Below, in pieces: positions 49,939-59,699 of a stretch of DNA of 64,000 bases. Within the stretch, counting starts at the first letter, position 1. The number at the start of each line of letters is the position of its first letter. The stretch covers positions 288,001 through 352,000 of the forward strand of contig OY760907.1 in the NCBI GenBank assembly GCA_963664195.1, read 5' to 3'. The notes beneath the pieces are model-generated. The model was not told the origin of the DNA. It saw nothing but the letters and a program-made list of their open reading frames with translations, and made no database searches. The translations under genes were made by a program, and so were the position numbers. The stretch comes from an uncultured candidate division Zixibacteria bacterium. Lineage in GTDB: Bacteria; Zixibacteria; MSB-5A5; GN15; FEB-12.

Positions 49939-51214
49939 TTCCACACGTACTTCTTCAAATAATCCCCCACCAGATAATGGGAGCCCAGTATGCATATAGT
50001 ATCGTCTGGTGTTGTCCTTTTCAGCAGTTTCCGCCAACCGGTTTCCAAACCGGCGGAGCGGATAAGCGGCACACCGTTCCAATTCAGACCGGCCTCAAGC
50101 TCTTTCGTGTCGGTCGTACGCTTGGTTGGCAGCGGCACCAGATGGAATTCACGAGCGATCGGCGCAAGCACATCGATTATCTGTTGATGCTGTTTGCGCT
50201 TCACCAATCCGATCATGACGCACACCTTCCGTCCCGGGTACATCCGCATGAACGTGTCCGCAAAAGCCGCCGCGCCCGCCGCGTTGTGACAGACATCAAG
50301 AACAACCCCCGGCCTGTCACCATTGGGAGGCAGAATCTGGAATCGACCCGGCCACTCCGTTGATTTGAGACCGCGCGTAATGGCAGATTTGCTTAGCTTG
50401 AATCCGTCCTCACGCAGAATCGTAAGCGCTCTCAACACTAGGGCACAGTTCTTCAACTGGTGCGTTCCGAGCAGCGACGGGGCAAAACTCTTGAGAGAAA
50501 GCCCGTCGACATCGAAATCCATGCGAAGTCCGGAACGGGCAATATTGAAGTCTCGCTGCTTGAGTTCATGCAAAGGAGCATCTTGCGATTTGCAGACCTC
50601 ACGCATGACGCCCGCCGCTGCTTTCGGCAGCAATCCGGTAAGATTCGGCACGCCGCTCTTGATAATACCGGCCTTCTCGCCAGCGATTTCCTCGAGTGTC
50701 TCACCCAGAATTTCCGCATGATCAAAACTGATGTCGGTTATGACTGTCAGTGCGGGATGAAGGACATTGGTGGCGTCGAGACGACCGCCAAGTCCGGTTT
50801 CTATGACGGCGACATCGACCTGTTGACGGGCGAAATAGTCAAATGAGAGCGCTGCGACCAGCTCAAAAAACGAGATTTTTTTTTTACGAGTTCCGGTCGG
50901 CAGCGGTCCACAAACCCGGCCAAAGCCTGCTTCGTGATTTTCTGACCGTTGACTTTGACTCGCTCGCGAAAATCAACCAGATGCGGCGAAGTGAACAGCC
51001 CCGTACGATATCCGGCACTCTGAAGCACCGCAGCCAGCATGGCCGCGCTGGAACCCTTGCCGTTGGTGCCGGCTATATGAATCGTCGCGTATTTGTCCTG
51101 GGGGCGGCCGAGATTCTTCAGGAATTCAGTTATGTTCTCCAGGCCGAGCTTCATTCCGAAGAACTCACGTGAAAGACAAAACTTCTCCGCTGCGGAATAG
51201 GTGTGGCGACGCAT
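49935..51214 (-). CDS. folC: Folylpolyglutamate/dihydrofolate synthase, frameshifted at an A10 run (50876-50885)
   Basis: HIAGTNGKGS, FTSPHL, then ISFFE, ETGLGGRLDATN, WPGR and DVCHN after a -1 shift. Confidence 0.9.
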
Positions 51215-52059
51215 CACTGCCTCCACATGTAGCGCAGCAAAGACCCGATTGTCTCACGGAGGTCCTTGCGTTCGACGATTTTATCGAGGAACCCCTTATC
51301 CATGAAGAATTCCGAAGACTGAAACCCTTCGGGAAGGTCCTGCCCGATTGTCTGTTGAATCACACGCGGACCGGCGAACCCGAGAAGGGCCTTCGGCTCG
51401 GCAATGATAACGTCGCCAAGCGATGCATACGAGGCCATCACACCAGCGGTCGTCGGATTGGTCAACACAGAAATATACGGAAGCTTCTTGTCGGCAAGCA
51501 CCGCGAGGAGCCCGGAGGTCTTGGCCATTTGCATAAGAGAGAGGATTCCCTCCTGCATACGGGCACCACCGGAACATGAAACGATAATCAGCGGAATCTC
51601 TCTGTCAATGGCGCGCTCAATCGCGCGGGCCACGCGTTCGCCGACTACCGAACCCATTGATCCGCCGATAAATCCGAAATCCATAATAGCGAACGATACG
51701 GGAATGCCCTCGATCTTGCCGATCCCCGTGATCAATCCTTCGGACCCATTGGCCTTGGTGTTGGCCGCCTTCAGACGATCCGGGTATCGCTTGGAGTCCT
51801 TAAACTCAAGCGGGTCGACAGAATGCGTATTGGTATCGAACTTTTCGAGTTGACCGTCATCAAGAATAAGGTTGATATATTTCTGGCTGGATATACGAAA
51901 ATGGAAATTACAGTTGGGACAGACCCAATTGAGCTGTTCCATTTTCTTGCTGTAAACGATCTCGCCGCAGGACTTGCACTTGGTCCAGAGTCCTTCCGGA
52001 ATGTTTTTTCTCTCCTGCGAGACCGGGCCTGATTTCGCTTTTCTAAACCACTCTACCAT
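51214..52059 (-). CDS. accD: Acetyl-CoA carboxylase carboxyltransferase beta subunit
   Basis: Zn finger, GGSMGSVVGE, SGGARMQE, GFAGPRVI. Confidence 0.97.
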   Translation of the reverse strand: MVEWFRKAKSGPVSQERKNIPEGLWTKCKSCGEIVYSKKMEQLNWVCPNCNFHFRISSQKYINLILDDGQLEKFDTNTHSVDPLEFKDSKRYPDRLKAANTKANGSEGLITGIGKIEGIPVSFAIMDFGFIGGSMGSVVGERVARAIERAIDREIPLIIVSCSGGARMQEGILSLMQMAKTSGLLAVLADKKLPYISVLTNPTTAGVMASYASLGDVIIAEPKALLGFAGPRVIQQTIGQDLPEGFQSSEFFMDKGFLDKIVERKDLRETIGSLLRYMWRQ

Positions 52060-52062
52060 AGT

Positions 52063-52527
52063 CTACTCGTCATCCCTAACGGTCTGCAAATGTCGCAACA
52101 TGACCACCGCATCCTCAACCGGATGGCGATAGTAACCAGGTCTCCGGTACAACTCGACAAATCCCGCCTTGGCGTAGAAACGTCGTGCAGCCTCATTGCT
52201 GGGTCTGACCTCAAGCAAGATGATCTCGCACGCGTCGTCCAGAGCAAACTTTAAAATACGATCAAGAAGCTGTTTGGCAACCAATTTTCTCCGCCATGCG
52301 GGTGCCACGGCCATGTTGGCCAGGTGTGCCTCGCCAGCCACGATCATGTGGCAGGCATAGCCGACAATCTCTCCCTCGACCACGGCGACGGTCGCTCCCC
52401 AGGTATCCTCAACGAATATCTCGTCGAATGCGGTCCGGGGCCAGGCATCGGGGAAAATCTCCAATTCCAGGGCGAAAACAGCGTCGATATCATCCGGAGT
52501 CATGTCGCGAAGGACAGGTACGATCAT
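52063..52527 (-). CDS. rimI: Ribosomal-protein N-acetyltransferase
   Basis: LEVRPSNEAA..FY...GF, R.GYY..P.EDA. Confidence 0.9.
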   Translation of the reverse strand: MIVPVLRDMTPDDIDAVFALELEIFPDAWPRTAFDEIFVEDTWGATVAVVEGEIVGYACHMIVAGEAHLANMAVAPAWRRKLVAKQLLDRILKFALDDACEIILLEVRPSNEAARRFYAKAGFVELYRRPGYYRHPVEDAVVMLRHLQTVRDDE

Positions 52528-52528
52528 G

Positions 52529-53215
52529 CTATTGCTTGTTTTTCTGGTCAAATCGCACCTCGGCGATGGCCTTCTGGAGATACATTGGTTCGAGAGTCGC
52601 CAGGTCCGCCGTTTCTCCACTCATGAGCTTCGCGAGACCGCAATGCACCAGATCGGTGCCGGAATACTCGAATATATCCGTTTGGGTGGCACCAAAACCG
52701 TCGTCAAACAGCTCTCGCGGGTCAAACCCGACACCCCACACGGGATCACTGCCTACGCGTTCCAGCAAGTCGACACCGGTGACAATATTGATATCAGCCC
52801 CGAAGTCATCTCCCCGGCCAAACGTACCGAGATACCATTCCCCCTTGCGCGAGGGGATCAGCAAATGGACAATGTCTTCCGACTCACGCTGCTTGAAGGC
52901 AAACAACTCAAACAGATTGACCCCAACAACAGGAATTTCGGTTGCCGTGGCCATCCCCTTCACGGCCGCCAGCCCGATCCGAAGACCGGTGAACGAGCCG
53001 GGGCCGAGGCAAATAACCAGAGCATCGAGGGCATCCGGAGTCGTCCCCGATGATTGGAACAGCTCGTCGATCATCTTCATGAGCAGAATCCCGTGGGACC
53101 TCTCCACCGGATTATCGGATTTGACCAGGCGGTCTCCCCCGTATGCGAGCGCCAGCACCAGCCGATGCGAAGAAGTGTCAATAGCCAGAAGATTCTTGTA
53201 TGTCAGTTCAGTCAT
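52529..53215 (-). CDS. tsaB: t6A biosynthesis protein TsaB
   Basis: LAIDTS, GPGSFTGLRIG, EPMY. Confidence 0.95.
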   Translation of the reverse strand: MTELTYKNLLAIDTSSHRLVLALAYGGDRLVKSDNPVERSHGILLMKMIDELFQSSGTTPDALDALVICLGPGSFTGLRIGLAAVKGMATATEIPVVGVNLFELFAFKQRESEDIVHLLIPSRKGEWYLGTFGRGDDFGADINIVTGVDLLERVGSDPVWGVGFDPRELFDDGFGATQTDIFEYSGTDLVHCGLAKLMSGETADLATLEPMYLQKAIAEVRFDQKNKQ

Positions 53216-53643
53216 GATTGTACTCGTGATATCTCAATCTGCCTCTCGGTGTCGTCGGTGATCGTAAACTCGATCATATAATACTCGCCCGGCAGCATTT
53301 CAGCCGCCCGTTCGCCCCATTCAACCAACGTCACACCGCCTCTATCCAGGTATTCGTCCCAGCCGATTTCTACCAGTTCCGAAGTATCTCCGAGGCGATA
53401 GAGATCGAAGTGAAAGACCGGCGGTTCGCCGCCGTACTCGTTGACAAACGTGTACGAGGGGGAGTGCACTTTGTCCTCATCTATCCCGCGCGCTGCTACC
53501 AGCGCACGGACAAACGTAGTCTTGCCGGAGCCGAGGTCTCCCTTGAGTACGACAAGATCACCGGCGATAAACGAGTTCGACAGTTTTTTGGCCAACGCCA
53601 GGGTCTGATCTTCTGAATGCGAAATAATACTCAGAATTCTCAC
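53212..53643 (-). CDS. tsaE: t6A biosynthesis ATPase TsaE
   Basis: GDLGSGKT, SPSY, HFDLYRL, VEW. Confidence 0.95.
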   Translation of the reverse strand: MRILSIISHSEDQTLALAKKLSNSFIAGDLVVLKGDLGSGKTTFVRALVAARGIDEDKVHSPSYTFVNEYGGEPPVFHFDLYRLGDTSELVEIGWDEYLDRGGVTLVEWGERAAEMLPGEYYMIEFTITDDTERQIEISRVQS

Positions 53644-53646
53644 AGA

Positions 53647-55206
53647 CTACCTCGGGGTCATCACGGCAACCGGGACGATCAGTTCCTCAAGCGAAACACC
53701 GCCATGTTGAAACGAGTTCTGGAACCGGCGATTCATCTCGTTGTAGTTGTTCGGGTAGACGAAATAGAAATCCTCGCGGGCAATAATGAACGTCGTACTC
53801 AGGGTGAACGACGGCAACCGCCATTTCTCCGGCTGCTTGATCAGGATAGACTCTTTCTCGTCCGAATTCAGGTTGTCACCATACTTGTAGCGAAGATTGG
53901 TCGAGGTGCTTCGCCGCCCGTGTGCCATTGTCCCCCGCTGACACAAGACCGAACCATGATCGGAGGTCAGTACGACCGTACAATCCCGCTGCGCAAACGC
54001 CTTGAGAATGGTGAAGAGCGGAGAGTGTGTGAACCAGCTTTTCATCAACGAACGGAACGCTGCCTCGGTGCCGGCGATTTCCTTGAGGATGACGTTGTTG
54101 GACCGACCGTGAGCCATGATGTCCAGAAAATTGAACACAAAGGTTGTAAGCTGCGGCTCAAAGAAATCGGACACACGTTTGGCAAGCTCATCTCCCTCGG
54201 AGTTGTTGTATATCTTCACGAACTTGGACTGTTTATCCAGACGAAGCCCGTGCCGCACCAGATTGTCCGACAACATCTCATCCTCGAATCGGTTCAGAGA
54301 GCCTTCCTCGTCGGTCGCGTAGTTCTTCGGATAGGCCTTGTGGATCTCGTCGGGGAACAGCCCGGCAAACAGGGCATTACGGGCAAACGGCGTGGCGGAA
54401 GGCAACAACGAATAATAATAATGACGCTGCACGTTGAAGAACTCGGCCACAAGCGGCTCGACCAGCATCCACTGATCGAGACGCAGACAGTCCACCACAA
54501 CATACACAACTTTGTGCTTCTTCTTCAGCTCCGGGATCACAAACTTGCCAGTAATGTCCGGCGAAAGCAACGGGCGCTCTTCCAGATGCAGCCAGTTCTG
54601 GTACTGACCCAGGAAATACTTCGTGAACTCGTTATTCCACTCTTTGATTGTGCCCGTATGGATTTCTTTCAGTGCCGGATCGTTGGACTCGTCGATTTCG
54701 AGATTCCACTCCGCGAGAATCCGGGCGGCATCATACCAGTCTTCAGGCTCTAATGCTCCGTACAGCCGCTGATTGAACTTGTTGATTTCCGTCATGTAGC
54801 GACGCATGAGAGACGACCCGATTATCTTTTTGGAATCGAGCAGCCTCTTGATGACGGAAAGAATCTGTGTGGGTACGACCGGCTTCACGAGGTAGTCGTC
54901 GATCTTCTGCCCGATGGCGTCGTCCATAAGCGATTCTTCTTCGGATTTCGTCACCATCACCACGGGAAGATGCGGCCTGATACTCTTGATCTCTTCCAGG
55001 GTGGTGAGACCGTCCATGCCGGGCATCATCTCATCGAGCAGTACGAGGTCAAACATCTCCTCGCGTACTGCCACCAGGGCGTCATCGCCGGACATTGCCC
55101 CCTTCACCTCGAATCCCTTGTTTTCGAGGAACATGATGTGCGGCTTCAACGAATCGATTTCGTCATCAACCCAGAGAATGCGCTTTTTGTCGGTAGTCAT
55201 TGCCAT
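53647..55206 (-). CDS. porX: PorX-like response regulator (REC + PglZ phosphodiesterase domain)
   Basis: ILWVDDEI..LKPHI.FL, TKSEEE, DCLR.DQW, SDHG, FQHGG.S.EE. Confidence 0.88.
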   Translation of the reverse strand: MAMTTDKKRILWVDDEIDSLKPHIMFLENKGFEVKGAMSGDDALVAVREEMFDLVLLDEMMPGMDGLTTLEEIKSIRPHLPVVMVTKSEEESLMDDAIGQKIDDYLVKPVVPTQILSVIKRLLDSKKIIGSSLMRRYMTEINKFNQRLYGALEPEDWYDAARILAEWNLEIDESNDPALKEIHTGTIKEWNNEFTKYFLGQYQNWLHLEERPLLSPDITGKFVIPELKKKHKVVYVVVDCLRLDQWMLVEPLVAEFFNVQRHYYYSLLPSATPFARNALFAGLFPDEIHKAYPKNYATDEEGSLNRFEDEMLSDNLVRHGLRLDKQSKFVKIYNNSEGDELAKRVSDFFEPQLTTFVFNFLDIMAHGRSNNVILKEIAGTEAAFRSLMKSWFTHSPLFTILKAFAQRDCTVVLTSDHGSVLCQRGTMAHGRRSTSTNLRYKYGDNLNSDEKESILIKQPEKWRLPSFTLSTTFIIAREDFYFVYPNNYNEMNRRFQNSFQHGGVSLEELIVPVAVMTPR

Positions 55207-55215
55207 CGTATAACC

Positions 55216-56481
55216 TCATTCCCCTTGCGAGACCGGCAGAATAACCTCAAACACGGTCTCTCCCGGGTGTGATTTTACCAAAGAAATACGTCCGCCGTGG
55301 TAATCCTCGACAATACGCTTGACCAATGTCAGTCCCATCCCCCACCCACGCTTTTTGGTCGTGAAACCGGGGCGGAATATCTTACGCGCCGCCGTGACCG
55401 GAATGCCCTTGCCGTTGTCAACCACGGTCACTGCCACCTTCTTGCCATCGTGCCGACAAGACGTACTGACCGTTATACGCCCGACCTTCGAATCCACCGA
55501 TTGCAATGCATTCTTGAGCAGGTTTTCGAGCACCCAGCCAAACAGTTCGGCATTGATAGGCACCGGAGGCAAATCGCCCTGTTTGAGATGAATCTGTATC
55601 CCCTTTCCTTCAAACGGGAGGCGTCGACGGTAGTATTCTGTAGCCTCTTCGGAGAGAGCGTTCAGGTCGCCCGGCTTAAGTTCTGGAATCGATCCAATCA
55701 AGCCGAATCGATTGGCTACTCGCTGGAGGCGGACCACATCGACCTTCATATTGTCGACCGTGACGTCGAGCAGTTCCTGCTCGTCCTTGTGTTCCATATC
55801 GTGACGGTTCTCGTAGCTGATAACTTCCAGCCATCCCAGCAGCGATGAAAGCGGCGTGCCCAGCTGATGCGCGGTTTCCTTGGCCATGCCAACCCAGATA
55901 TATCTTTCTTCGCTTCGACGGATATTCTGAAAACCGATCATCCCGACACTCATAAACGCCAGCACGATGCCAATCGCTATGAACGGCATCACCTTGAGCT
56001 GGTTGATGACCTCGGAGTCACCGTAGCGAAGGTAATTGACGTTTGTTTCGCCAAAGTAGAGCGGAAACTCGCCGTATTTGTCGAACATGTCCTGAGCGAT
56101 TTCGCGCACACGGGCAAGGGTTGCGGCGGTGGTGTCGCCGGAGGGTGCCTCTGGAATGTTGCGCCAGGAAATCGGCTCGCTCTCGGTCCCTAGAACGACA
56201 ATCGGAAATCTGGCTTTGACGATAATCTCATCGAAGATGAACTGCAATTCGCCGCCATAGCCGGAGTTGGTCGGTGCGTTCGCCGCCAATTGCCACAGGC
56301 TGACGTATTTCTCGACCTGATCACGGGCATCGATCTGCAGTTTGTCAATCAATGACAGCGTATGGTAGATGAAAAGCGTCGATATAGCCAGCACCCCCAC
56401 CACAAGGAAAACCTTGAACAGGGCGGATTTGCCTACGTAGAGGTCAGAGGTACCTCGAATGAGCGACCATCGGGTAGCCAT
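55216..56481 (-). CDS. Membrane histidine kinase, probable PorX partner (PorY-like)
   Basis: Two TM helices; WVGMAKETAHQLGTPLSSL; FTTKKRGWGMGL. Confidence 0.88.
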   Translation of the reverse strand: MATRWSLIRGTSDLYVGKSALFKVFLVVGVLAISTLFIYHTLSLIDKLQIDARDQVEKYVSLWQLAANAPTNSGYGGELQFIFDEIIVKARFPIVVLGTESEPISWRNIPEAPSGDTTAATLARVREIAQDMFDKYGEFPLYFGETNVNYLRYGDSEVINQLKVMPFIAIGIVLAFMSVGMIGFQNIRRSEERYIWVGMAKETAHQLGTPLSSLLGWLEVISYENRHDMEHKDEQELLDVTVDNMKVDVVRLQRVANRFGLIGSIPELKPGDLNALSEEATEYYRRRLPFEGKGIQIHLKQGDLPPVPINAELFGWVLENLLKNALQSVDSKVGRITVSTSCRHDGKKVAVTVVDNGKGIPVTAARKIFRPGFTTKKRGWGMGLTLVKRIVEDYHGGRISLVKSHPGETVFEVILPVSQGE

Positions 56482-57749
56482 TATTCGATCCGCGTAGCTC
56501 CATTCATGTACGGCTGAAGGGCATCGGGAATGCTCACCGTACCATCGGAGTTCTGGTAGTTCTCCAGAATGGCCGGAATCAGGCGGGCCAGCGCGACACC
56601 GGAACCGTTCAGCGTGTGCGGGAATTCCAACTTCTTCTCTTTGTTGCGGAAACGACAGTTCATTCGACGAGATTGGAAGGACTCAAAAATAGAAATGGAT
56701 GAAATCTCAAGATACTTCTCGATCCCTGACGCCCAGAGCTCCAAATCGTAACATTTCGCCGCAGCAAAGGACAAGTCGCCCGTGGCAAGTTCCGTGACCT
56801 GATAGTGCAAACCAAGCCCCTGAAGGACTTTCTCTGCCTGAGCAACCAGCGTTTCCAACTCGTCGTAGGAATTATCGGGGTGGACTATCTTGACCATCTC
56901 CACCTTGTCGAACTGGTGGACACGGATCATGCCGCGCGTATCTTTGCCGGCAGCTCCTGCCTCGCGACGAAAACAGGGCGTATGTGCGACCATCTTGATC
57001 GGCAGGTCATCCTCGTCAATGATCTTCTTCTTATAGAGATTCGTGACCGGAACCTCGGCCGTCGGAATCAGATACAGGTCGTCGCTCTCGATGCGATACA
57101 TGTCATCTTCGAGTTTCGGAAGCTGCCCTGTCCCGCGCATCGTGTCCGCGGTGACAATATGGGGAACTTTGACTTCCTCGTAACCGTCGGCTACATGCAT
57201 GTCGAGCATATAGCTGATGAGCGCACGTTCAAGCCGGGCACCTGCCCCCTTAAGGACATAGAAACCCGCCCCTGAAAGATTAGTGGCGCCCTCAAGATCG
57301 AGAATACCGAGCTTCTCCCCTATTTCCCAGTGCGGGAGGACCTCGAAATCCTGCTTGGGCTTTTCACCCCAGGTTCGCACCAACACGTTTGCGGATTCAT
57401 CGAGACCGACCGGCGCGGACTCGTGCGGCATATTCGGCACCCAGAGCAGGAGGCCGTTGAGGTCCTCGTCGACCTTGCGCAAATCGTTGTCGAGCGAGGC
57501 GATCTCCTTGCCGACCTCACGCATGGCCGCGATAGCGTCATCGGCCGCTTCACCGGCTTTTTTCTTCCTGGCGATCTCAGCGGTGGCCTTATTTCGCTCG
57601 GCTTTGAGATGCTCGACGTTGTGGATTATCTCCCGTCGCTGCTCATCGAGTTTGAGGATCGCATCGACATCGCATTTCTTTTCGTTTTTGTTGGCGGCCC
57701 CGGTTTTCACGAGGTCGGGGTTTTCTCTAATAAATCTCAGATCCAGCAT
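56481..57749 (-). CDS. serS: Serine--tRNA ligase
   Basis: MLD..FIR, PTAEVP, FRREAG, RVHQF, HTLNGSG. Confidence 0.97.
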   Translation of the reverse strand: MLDLRFIRENPDLVKTGAANKNEKKCDVDAILKLDEQRREIIHNVEHLKAERNKATAEIARKKKAGEAADDAIAAMREVGKEIASLDNDLRKVDEDLNGLLLWVPNMPHESAPVGLDESANVLVRTWGEKPKQDFEVLPHWEIGEKLGILDLEGATNLSGAGFYVLKGAGARLERALISYMLDMHVADGYEEVKVPHIVTADTMRGTGQLPKLEDDMYRIESDDLYLIPTAEVPVTNLYKKKIIDEDDLPIKMVAHTPCFRREAGAAGKDTRGMIRVHQFDKVEMVKIVHPDNSYDELETLVAQAEKVLQGLGLHYQVTELATGDLSFAAAKCYDLELWASGIEKYLEISSISIFESFQSRRMNCRFRNKEKKLEFPHTLNGSGVALARLIPAILENYQNSDGTVSIPDALQPYMNGATRIE

Positions 57750-57959
57750 ATACGTACCTATAGCCTGTAGTTCTCATAAACGGCTGACGATTCAAGGTTC
57801 CAAGTTACGACAATTCAAGCGATTTCACCAGTCAAAGGAAAGCGGTGCGCACGCCTTTTCCGGGAGTTGATTCGGACTCGTGACCGTCTGGGCGCCACCC
57901 CTGACGAGAGTAACAATCGCAAATGGGTGGCCCCTTCAAACTTGTTTGGAGGGGATTGT

Positions 57960-57983
57960 GTGGGCGGCAGACGACAAGTCTGC
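57960..57983. repeat. REP-like palindrome (second copy at 63848-63873)
   Basis: GTGGGCGGCAGACG...GTCTGC is shared by both sites. Confidence 0.6.
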
Positions 57984-58109
57984 TCCAGCCGCACGTTTTT
58001 GGAGACGATTGTTCTTCTTTTGGTGCCTGCTTATGTAAGAAAGTTCTTGCCTTTTTCCGATTTGTGCATAGTATTAGGGTCTATCTTGATTCAGGAGTTG
58101 TGGATTAGT

Positions 58110-58331
58110 ATGGCTAAAGTATGTGAAATCTGCGGGAAGAAGCCGATGTTCGGCAACAATGTTTCCCACGCTCATAATATTACGAAACGGCGTTTTGTGC
58201 CAAATCTGCAGAAGATTCGTGCCCTGGTCGACGGCAAACCGAAACGTTTGACGGTTTGTACTTCCTGCCTCAAAGCGGGCAAGGTGACGAAGAACGTGCA
58301 GAAGAAGCCGACTAAACCAGTCGTAGCTTAG
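58110..58331 (+). CDS. rpmB: 50S ribosomal protein L28 (Zn-ribbon form)
   Basis: [10 protein letters not shown]...GNNVSHA..KRRF.PNLQ...CTSC. Confidence 0.96.
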   Translation: MAKVCEICGKKPMFGNNVSHAHNITKRRFVPNLQKIRALVDGKPKRLTVCTSCLKAGKVTKNVQKKPTKPVVA

Positions 58332-58382
58332 AGCGTTCAGACAATGGTCGAATTTATGTAATGGATTTGACTGCAAAGATTT

Positions 58383-58408
58383 AACCGCCTTTCGAGGCGG
58401 TTTTTTTT
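58383..58408 (+). terminator. rpmB terminator
   Basis: AACCGCCT-TTCG-AGGCGGTT plus T run. Confidence 0.85.
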
Positions 58409-58440
58409 GTTGGTGACGCAAATCACTTCACAAACACAAT

Positions 58441-58474
58441 ATGCCGCCGGGTGGAGTAGTACCCGGCGGCATTT
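58441..58474. terminator. Hairpin downstream of the flagellin gene
   Basis: ATGCCGCCGGGT..ACCCGGCGGCAT. Confidence 0.7.
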
Positions 58475-58517
58475 TCACAACAGCCATCCTATTGCGCAAA
58501 CAGGGGAGGAAGGGGGC

Positions 58518-59288
58518 TTACATATTAAACAAACTCAATACCGTCTCACTGGCAATCCGTGAGTGAATCATCATTGCCGTCGAAGCCTGGGACCGGATCA
58601 TGGAAGCCATGTAATTCGCGATTTCCTGGGCATAGTCGGTATCGGTGATCGAGGATTCGGCCGCCGTAAGGTTCTGCTGCGTGACTTGCAGCGAGGTCCG
58701 TCTCGCCTCCAGTTCGTTGCGCTGTGTGGCCCCGAGCTCAACCGTGGCTCCGCGAAGTCCTGATGCCGCAGCATCGATAGCCTCCAGCGAAGCAACGGCG
58801 GCCTCGGGCGAAGAAAGGTCGACCCCTGTCAGTTCGCCAATCTCGGCGACCGATCCCTGGGATCCATCGAAAAGGGTTCGACCATTGTAGGAAGCGTCCG
58901 TGATCTGGCGGTTATACGACCGTACCAGACTGTCCGCCGCCTGGGTATACGCTTGCTGGGCGGCCTCGCTGTTAAGACCTTCGTTGGCTGCCCCGACCGC
59001 CAGCGAGCGTAGTTCTGAAAGACTGCTGTCAAGCCCGACAAGGGTGCTCGACGCGTACTCATACTTATTGATCAGATCGGAGATGTTGTCGATCTCCTGG
59101 CTTAGCGCTCCGATCTGACTCTGCAGCTGTTGCGAAATCACCAGTCCGGCCGGATCATCGGCGGCGCTGTTGATTCGCTTCCCCGAGGACAGCTTCGCAA
59201 GCGAAGAGTACATGTCCTGAAGATTCTGATTGAGACCGATCACCATACTATTCGAGGCGAAATTCGATCCGAGCCTGTTCGTCAGCAT
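58518..59288 (-). CDS. Minimal flagellin-family protein (256 aa)
   Basis: KLSSGKRINSAADDPAGL, LGATQ.N.LE, NLTAAESSITDTDYAQE. Confidence 0.9.
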   Translation of the reverse strand: MLTNRLGSNFASNSMVIGLNQNLQDMYSSLAKLSSGKRINSAADDPAGLVISQQLQSQIGALSQEIDNISDLINKYEYASSTLVGLDSSLSELRSLAVGAANEGLNSEAAQQAYTQAADSLVRSYNRQITDASYNGRTLFDGSQGSVAEIGELTGVDLSSPEAAVASLEAIDAAASGLRGATVELGATQRNELEARRTSLQVTQQNLTAAESSITDTDYAQEIANYMASMIRSQASTAMMIHSRIASETVLSLFNM

Positions 59289-59341
59289 AGTCTTGCTACC
59301 CCTTCTCCGCTTTGTGACGGGAGTTAACAGAAGACAGAGTT

Positions 59342-59356
59342 GCAACTGGCATGCCG
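59342..59356 (-). promoter_or_regulatory. Sigma54-type promoter of the flagellin gene
   Basis: CGGCATGCCAGTTGC, ~55 nt upstream of the ATG. Confidence 0.6.
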
Positions 59357-59699
59357 CCGCGCACGGACAATTTAAGATGTTGTGGCACAAGGAGGTAGCC
59401 GCCGGCACGAAAAAGCACCGGGTAGAAACAGGCGAGAACAGTGGGGCCTTCCCCATAGGTTGTGGGACAGATGAAACAGTTGCTGGAGCGCAATCCCTCA
59501 CCCGGGTACGGACGTGCCGACGACGGCATTCGGGATGCGGGCTGTGGGTTCCTTCGACGGGGAAATCGAGCGATCTGGCAATCGAGTCACGCTGAGCCTG
59601 TCGAAGTGTGCGCTACTCGATTGACTCGGACTCAGATTCCGAATCACAGATGTTGTTGGTCAGACTCGTTATCGGACTTGACACGACGCGGGACTACCA

